DNA from: a virus
Lineage: Duplodnaviria; Caudoviricetes
Virus record (IMG/VR): IMGVR_UViG_3300009648_000003
Coordinates: 1-64,000 of that record
DNA length: 64,000 nucleotides
Reading direction: 5' to 3' (one strand)
In this document: in pieces, positions 59,389 through 64,000 of the stretch
Numbering within the stretch: the stretch's first letter is position 1
Layout: each line of letters begins with the position of its first letter
Notes under the pieces: model-generated
What the model saw: only the letters and a program-made list of their open reading frames with translations
The model's database searches: none
Told to the model about the DNA's origin: nothing
Made by a program: the position numbers and the translations under genes

Positions 59389-60741
59389 AGGGTTAGAACT
59401 ACTCATTCTACCTGTATTTTTAATAGTAGAAAAGCTAGTATGAATTCTTCCATCTATAATTTGTTCTGGCAGTTTATCTGCAAAAGCATCTGTTAATTTT
59501 TTCTTTTGTCTGTATTCCATAATCATAGGAATTACTTCATGATAATTTTTTAATTTTTTTAGTGTAGCTCTGTCTGTAGATTCAGGTTTCTTTTTATTTA
59601 CTCTTGGCAATTTTAAATCTTCATATAATGCTTTAGATAGTTGTTGAGGTGAATTTAAATTTATTTCCCCTGTGTATTTATATATTTTTTTCGTAAGTTC
59701 ATCTAATTCTTGATGAAGTTGGGGAGCTACTGTATTAACTAAATAATCCTCATCTACTCTTATTCCTCTTTCCTCCACTTTTACTACTATATTTATAAAT
59801 GGTATTTCTATATTAAAGTACAAATCATGCAATTTTTGTAACTGAGGTGATTTTAAATGTTTAATTTGAAATTCATACATTTTATATGTTAATTCTGTGT
59901 CTTTAGCAGCATAGAATGTAGCCATGTTTCCTGTTTTATTTTTAGGATTAATTAAAATAGGAACTTGGTCGAACGTTATATTACCAAATAGAGTAGAGAA
60001 AGTATCACTGGGTATCTTTAAATAGTAAGTAGCCATATCCTTTAATGCTTTTGATTGTGTTTCATCTAATATAGCCTGAGCTATCATAGTATCAAAATAA
60101 CAAACAGGTTTTGCTCCTATATATCTTCGTATTATGTGATAGTCAAAACCATAGTTATGGTATAATTGTTTTAAATCTTTCCTTTCTAATTGAGGTTTTA
60201 ATTTATTTGCTACTAAACTTAAAGGTAAACATTTTACATAATCTTCACCTAAAACCAATTTATTTCTCCCCCCGCCCTTTTTGTATTCAAGATAAGCTTC
60301 TTCATTATGTCTTATATCATCTTTGTGTTTTAAGGGTATATAATAACCTTGGTGGGGGGCATAAAAAGAAATACCTACTATCTCATCCCTATATTTATCT
60401 ACTCCTGTAGTTTCAGTATCTATTGCAACCATACTTAGCCCACTTAACCATACAATTAATTCCTCTAAATCTTGTTCAGTCCATACAGTATTATAATGAA
60501 ATGGTAATACTGTTTCATTTGACATTTTTATAATTTCTAATTCTTTCTTTTTAAAATTCTTCCTCTTAGCCCGTGCAAGAAAATTTTCTACTTCTTCGTC
60601 TGTGTTTAATGATGGAAATTTATCTTTAAACAAAGGATATACTTCATCCAAATACCACTTTTCTTTAACTCTTAGCTTTCTCTTTCTTTTCTTTTTATTA
60701 TTCTTATTTAGAATACTTTCAATCTCTTCATAAATATCCAT
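59389..60741 (-). CDS. polA: family A DNA polymerase, exon 1 (3'-5' exonuclease and thumb)
   Basis: AIDTETTG, HNYGFD, YAAKD, NLNSPQQL, TGRMSSSNP; 451 codons to the splice site. Confidence 0.92.
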
Positions 60742-60803
60742 ACAATTCCCTCCTCAGATAATAAAAAGATAGCAAAAAGCCCCTAAAAGGGGCATAGTAA
60801 TAA

Positions 60804-61373
60804 CTAAAAAGGAAAAGTATCCTCATCGTCTGATTCGATCGGTGTTACATCAGTAACTTTTTGATTTATAAGGTTCTCTATTTCTTCAGGAGACATAGGT
60901 TCTATTAAAGATTCAATATCAGGTATCTCTAAATCTGTTGTGTCAAAATCACTAGGATCCCTTGGAAAAAATTGATACACTGTCTGTAATCCTTCCCCTT
61001 GTCTTAAAACTTTAAAATTTCTTTTGGTTAGATCTCCATATTCTTCTGCTAATCCTACTAAAGTAACACCAACAGTTTTTGATGCTTTAAATATTTTTAC
61101 TCTTTCATCCTTAAAATCAAATACAGGTACATACGTCCTAAAAGAAGCATATTTTCCTGCCTTACATAAAGGACAATTCTCTTTTCCCAAACATCTTATA
61201 TTCATCCATCTACCATTTATTTTTTCAGTATGTTCATACACACTTATTAGTTCATCTAATGGTTGGATTATTCTTATTTCTGTTGATTCACCTGCTTTCA
61301 AACTTAACATAGAAGTACTATTTTTGTTCGCTTCCCTTATAGCTCCCAATCCTTTTCCTAAATATACATCCAT
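60804..61373 (-). CDS. single-stranded DNA-binding protein (gp32-like)
   Basis: YEH...CLGKENCPLC, acidic tail ending DEDTFPF; start ATG 61373 after AGGAGG. Confidence 0.7.
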   Translation of the reverse strand: MDVYLGKGLGAIREANKNSTSMLSLKAGESTEIRIIQPLDELISVYEHTEKINGRWMNIRCLGKENCPLCKAGKYASFRTYVPVFDFKDERVKIFKASKTVGVTLVGLAEEYGDLTKRNFKVLRQGEGLQTVYQFFPRDPSDFDTTDLEIPDIESLIEPMSPEEIENLINQKVTDVTPIESDDEDTFPF

Positions 61374-61464
61374 TAAAATTCCTCCTTTATCTTTTACTTT
61401 CGTTATTAATATACGAAGGAACCACCATAGTGAATAAAAAAAAGAGGAAGAAAATTTTCTTCCT

Positions 61465-62088
61465 CTAATCAAACCACTTCAAAACTATTTTTCTTACACG
61501 TAACCAATCCTTTGCTACTGTTGGTCTTGATACCCCCATCTTATCCGCTATTTCCTGATGTGTATATCCAGCATATCTTAATTTTAATATTTTCTGTTCT
61601 CTTGGAGTTAATTTATCTTCTAAATCTGCAATCATTTTGGTAAATAATTTATATTCCGAAATTTCATCAGTAAGATTATGACTTAAATGTTGTATTTCAA
61701 CTTTCTTATTTGATCGCTCAGTAGATGAACTAACTGATGTTTCACCTGTGCAGTATGTTATGATTTCAGCACAATAAGTATCATGTAAACCACTGAATCC
61801 CTGAAGTGTGGGTTGTGTCCATGAGTGTCTAATATGGTCTATTATTGTATTTTCTATAATTTGTGTAAAATAAGTATTGGCAGTAGCTTTGCATGAGTCA
61901 AATTTTTTGTATGCTTTAAACACTTTTAACATAGCATCTTGCATTACATCTTCTTCATCAATATAATTAGGCAATTTTACATTTTGAGTATGCAATTTAT
62001 GATTACATAATTTCCTTGTTGCTAATAATAATTCATCTAACTCCCCCTCCGCCACCATTTCATTGAAAGTTCTTTTTGTTTCTTTCAT
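61465..62088 (-). CDS. ECF-like sigma-70 factor
   Basis: EEDVMQDAMLKVFK region 2; LTPREQKILKLRYAGYTHQEIADKMGVSRPTV region 4. Confidence 0.85.
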   Translation of the reverse strand: MKETKRTFNEMVAEGELDELLLATRKLCNHKLHTQNVKLPNYIDEEDVMQDAMLKVFKAYKKFDSCKATANTYFTQIIENTIIDHIRHSWTQPTLQGFSGLHDTYCAEIITYCTGETSVSSSTERSNKKVEIQHLSHNLTDEISEYKLFTKMIADLEDKLTPREQKILKLRYAGYTHQEIADKMGVSRPTVAKDWLRVRKIVLKWFD

Positions 62089-63094
62089 AAAAATCCCTCC
62101 TGTAAAATTTTGAACTTATTAAATCATAGTAATAGTTCATGTATGGCACCATTGTTATGTCATTTAACTTACCCCCTAATAATAAATCATTAGGGTCTTT
62201 GAACATAGTTTTATCTACTGTGTCAATTCCCCATTGAATAGGGTATTTAACTACATCCACTCTTATGGGTGTTTTTGATATAATTTTATAAGCATCTAAA
62301 TTTCCTTTTACCCCCCACTCATCATTATCTAAAAATAACATTACTTTAGTAATTCCAGCTAATTGTAATAATTTAAGTTGATTTTTTGATAAAGTTCTTC
62401 CCATTAATCCTACAGCAGGTAGCTTAGCTTCATAACATGATAATACATCTATAGCACCTTCTACAATAAATACTTCTTTTACTTTACCATATAAGTAGTT
62501 TAATCCATATAGTGTTTTATGTTTAGGGGCACCTTTTGGAATTTGATAGAATTTAGTGTTTACATCCCTCCTTATCACAAATAATGGATTTCCATGTAAA
62601 TCCCTGACAGGAAAGACTATAGAATGATTTTTTTCATCATACCCTATCTCATATTTTTGTAGTGTATAATCTGAAATACCTCTAGTTTCTATATAACTAT
62701 GTTTCTTTTTTCGATAATTAAATATTTCTTCTTCAGTAACACCCCCCTCTTGTGAATTATTTTCTGGGGCACTAAATGATAAATTAGCTGTTGCATAATT
62801 ATTAATTATTTTTGCATACGCTTTCAAGTAATTAATTTGGAATATATCTGCTATCAAAGTTATTAATTCTCCTGATGCCCCACAACTGAAACAATTGAAT
62901 AAATAGGGATATTCTGTGCTTATTCCGAAAGAGGGTTTAGTCTCTTTGTGATATGGACAGCACATATTTATATTACTATAACCTATTTTTCTTTTAGTAA
63001 ATGCAGTAGGGTTGTATTTATATTGTGGTGATTTTACCCATTCTGATTGTAAATCGTCCAATACTTCTTCTATATCTACATAGTATCTATCCAT
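62060..63094 (-). CDS. DNA primase (CHC2 zinc finger + TOPRIM)
   Basis: CPYHKETKPS...CFSCG; IVEGAID; FLDND. Confidence 0.88.
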   Translation of the reverse strand: MDRYYVDIEEVLDDLQSEWVKSPQYKYNPTAFTKRKIGYSNINMCCPYHKETKPSFGISTEYPYLFNCFSCGASGELITLIADIFQINYLKAYAKIINNYATANLSFSAPENNSQEGGVTEEEIFNYRKKKHSYIETRGISDYTLQKYEIGYDEKNHSIVFPVRDLHGNPLFVIRRDVNTKFYQIPKGAPKHKTLYGLNYLYGKVKEVFIVEGAIDVLSCYEAKLPAVGLMGRTLSKNQLKLLQLAGITKVMLFLDNDEWGVKGNLDAYKIISKTPIRVDVVKYPIQWGIDTVDKTMFKDPNDLLLGGKLNDITMVPYMNYYYDLISSKFYRRDFYERNKKNFQ

Positions 63095-63211
63095 ATAAAA
63101 CAACCCTCTTTCTTTTCTATAATTTCTGTTCACATAACATAATAGCACAACACTTGACATTTTTCAAGTATTTAAATAAAATATTTTGTAAGAACATATG
63201 TTTATTATATA

Positions 63212-63685
63212 CTAAAACTTATGTTCTGTGAAGTCCTTTTCTTTTATTAAAATAGATATTCCTACTATAGAATTAAAATCATGACCTTGTAGACTTATAA
63301 ATTCTTGTATATAATCTAACACTTCTGAAAAATTCATCTTTTTTGGCAGATGGATTTCTGAAGTATAGATTTCTTCTTCATTTATTGTATACATAAATGA
63401 GCATTTCATTTATAATACCTCTATACTCACAGAGGAAATATCATAAGAATTGATTACATGTACTTCTTCATTTTCATCTATAAAAAATAAAGGTCTTTTT
63501 TTCTCCATATCTGTTGCAATTTTTTTAGAGTATTCAACTTGTACTTCCTTATCAGTTAAGGATATTTCTTTTCTTTCCCCTGTTTCTTTATCTACTAAAT
63601 AGCCTTTAGGATCTTTTTCTTTTACCACAATTTCTTTTTTATCTTCATTCCTCATACTAAAATTGATTTTTAATCTTACTTCCAT
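63212..63685 (-). other. two hypothetical CDSs (63212-63409, 63410-63685)
   Basis: ORF track; SD before 63685. Confidence 0.55.
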
Positions 63686-63744
63686 TTAATACTCCTCCCT
63701 TAATTTTTTTTAAAAAAATTATTTGTTTTCTATTATTTCTTCTC

Positions 63745-63999
63745 TTAAAAAGCTAATGTCTCTTCTTCTATCTCACCATAATAACCTTTATCTATATCTG
63801 CTCTTAAATACACATCTACATCTCTCTTCCCACCTCTATTCTTTTTTAAAGATAATTTAAAAATTTCATTGTTTATTAATCTTAATGTAATAACTTTTGT
63901 TGACTTTTGAGCAGGGGTATCTGACTCTTGAACCTGATATATCTCGGGTGAAGCTTTTACATCCTTTTTTGCCTCTCTAGCAGATTCCCTCCCTGCTTG
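63745..63999 (-). CDS. DnaB-like replicative helicase, C-terminal end (partial)
   Basis: QAGRES...ESDTPAQKSTKVI...KKNRGG...*; upstream of the primase. Confidence 0.7.
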   Translation of the reverse strand, partial: QAGRESAREAKKDVKASPEIYQVQESDTPAQKSTKVITLRLINNEIFKLSLKKNRGGKRDVDVYLRADIDKGYYGEIEEETLAF

Positions 64000-64000
64000 T

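Overview
A 64-kb segment of a large, AT-rich, probably temperate tailed (siphovirus-like) phage of a spore-forming Bacillota host, likely Clostridia-like. No host chromosomal genes were recognised. 1-16.4 kb (minus strand): morphogenesis module (tape measure N-terminus, frameshifted tail chaperone, major tail protein with an in-frame UGA-readthrough extension, head-tail genes, capsid, protease/scaffold, portal, terminase), with an iteron-bearing Rep-like gene inserted. 16.5-22 kb: accessory block with a 205-aa coiled-coil gene followed by a ~265-nt structured RNA-like element containing twelve 7-nt repeats and an aberrant tRNA, a Dam-like methylase, a ParMRC-type partition cassette and a sigma factor. 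22.4-38 kb (plus strand): early-type region (amidoligase + class II GATase, SpoIIID, ArdA, orphan MazF, SNF2 helicase, many small ORFs) and an antisense small RNA resembling a degenerate CRISPR mini-array. 38-64 kb (minus strand): large serine recombinase, lysis cassette, SigF/G-like sigma, HU, nucleotide metabolism (Tmk, dUTPase, intein-containing class II RNR), RecA, nucleases, family A DNA polymerase split by a group I intron and carrying an intein, SSB, sigma factor, primase and helicase end. A conserved non-sigA promoter motif, TTATTCA-N15-CGTATATT, recurs across the window. The best candidate for an undescribed system is the 205-aa protein with its heptamer-repeat RNA (16652-17699); the crRNA-like small RNA (36744-36939) is second. 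All calls come from reading the sequence by eye; no database searches were run.
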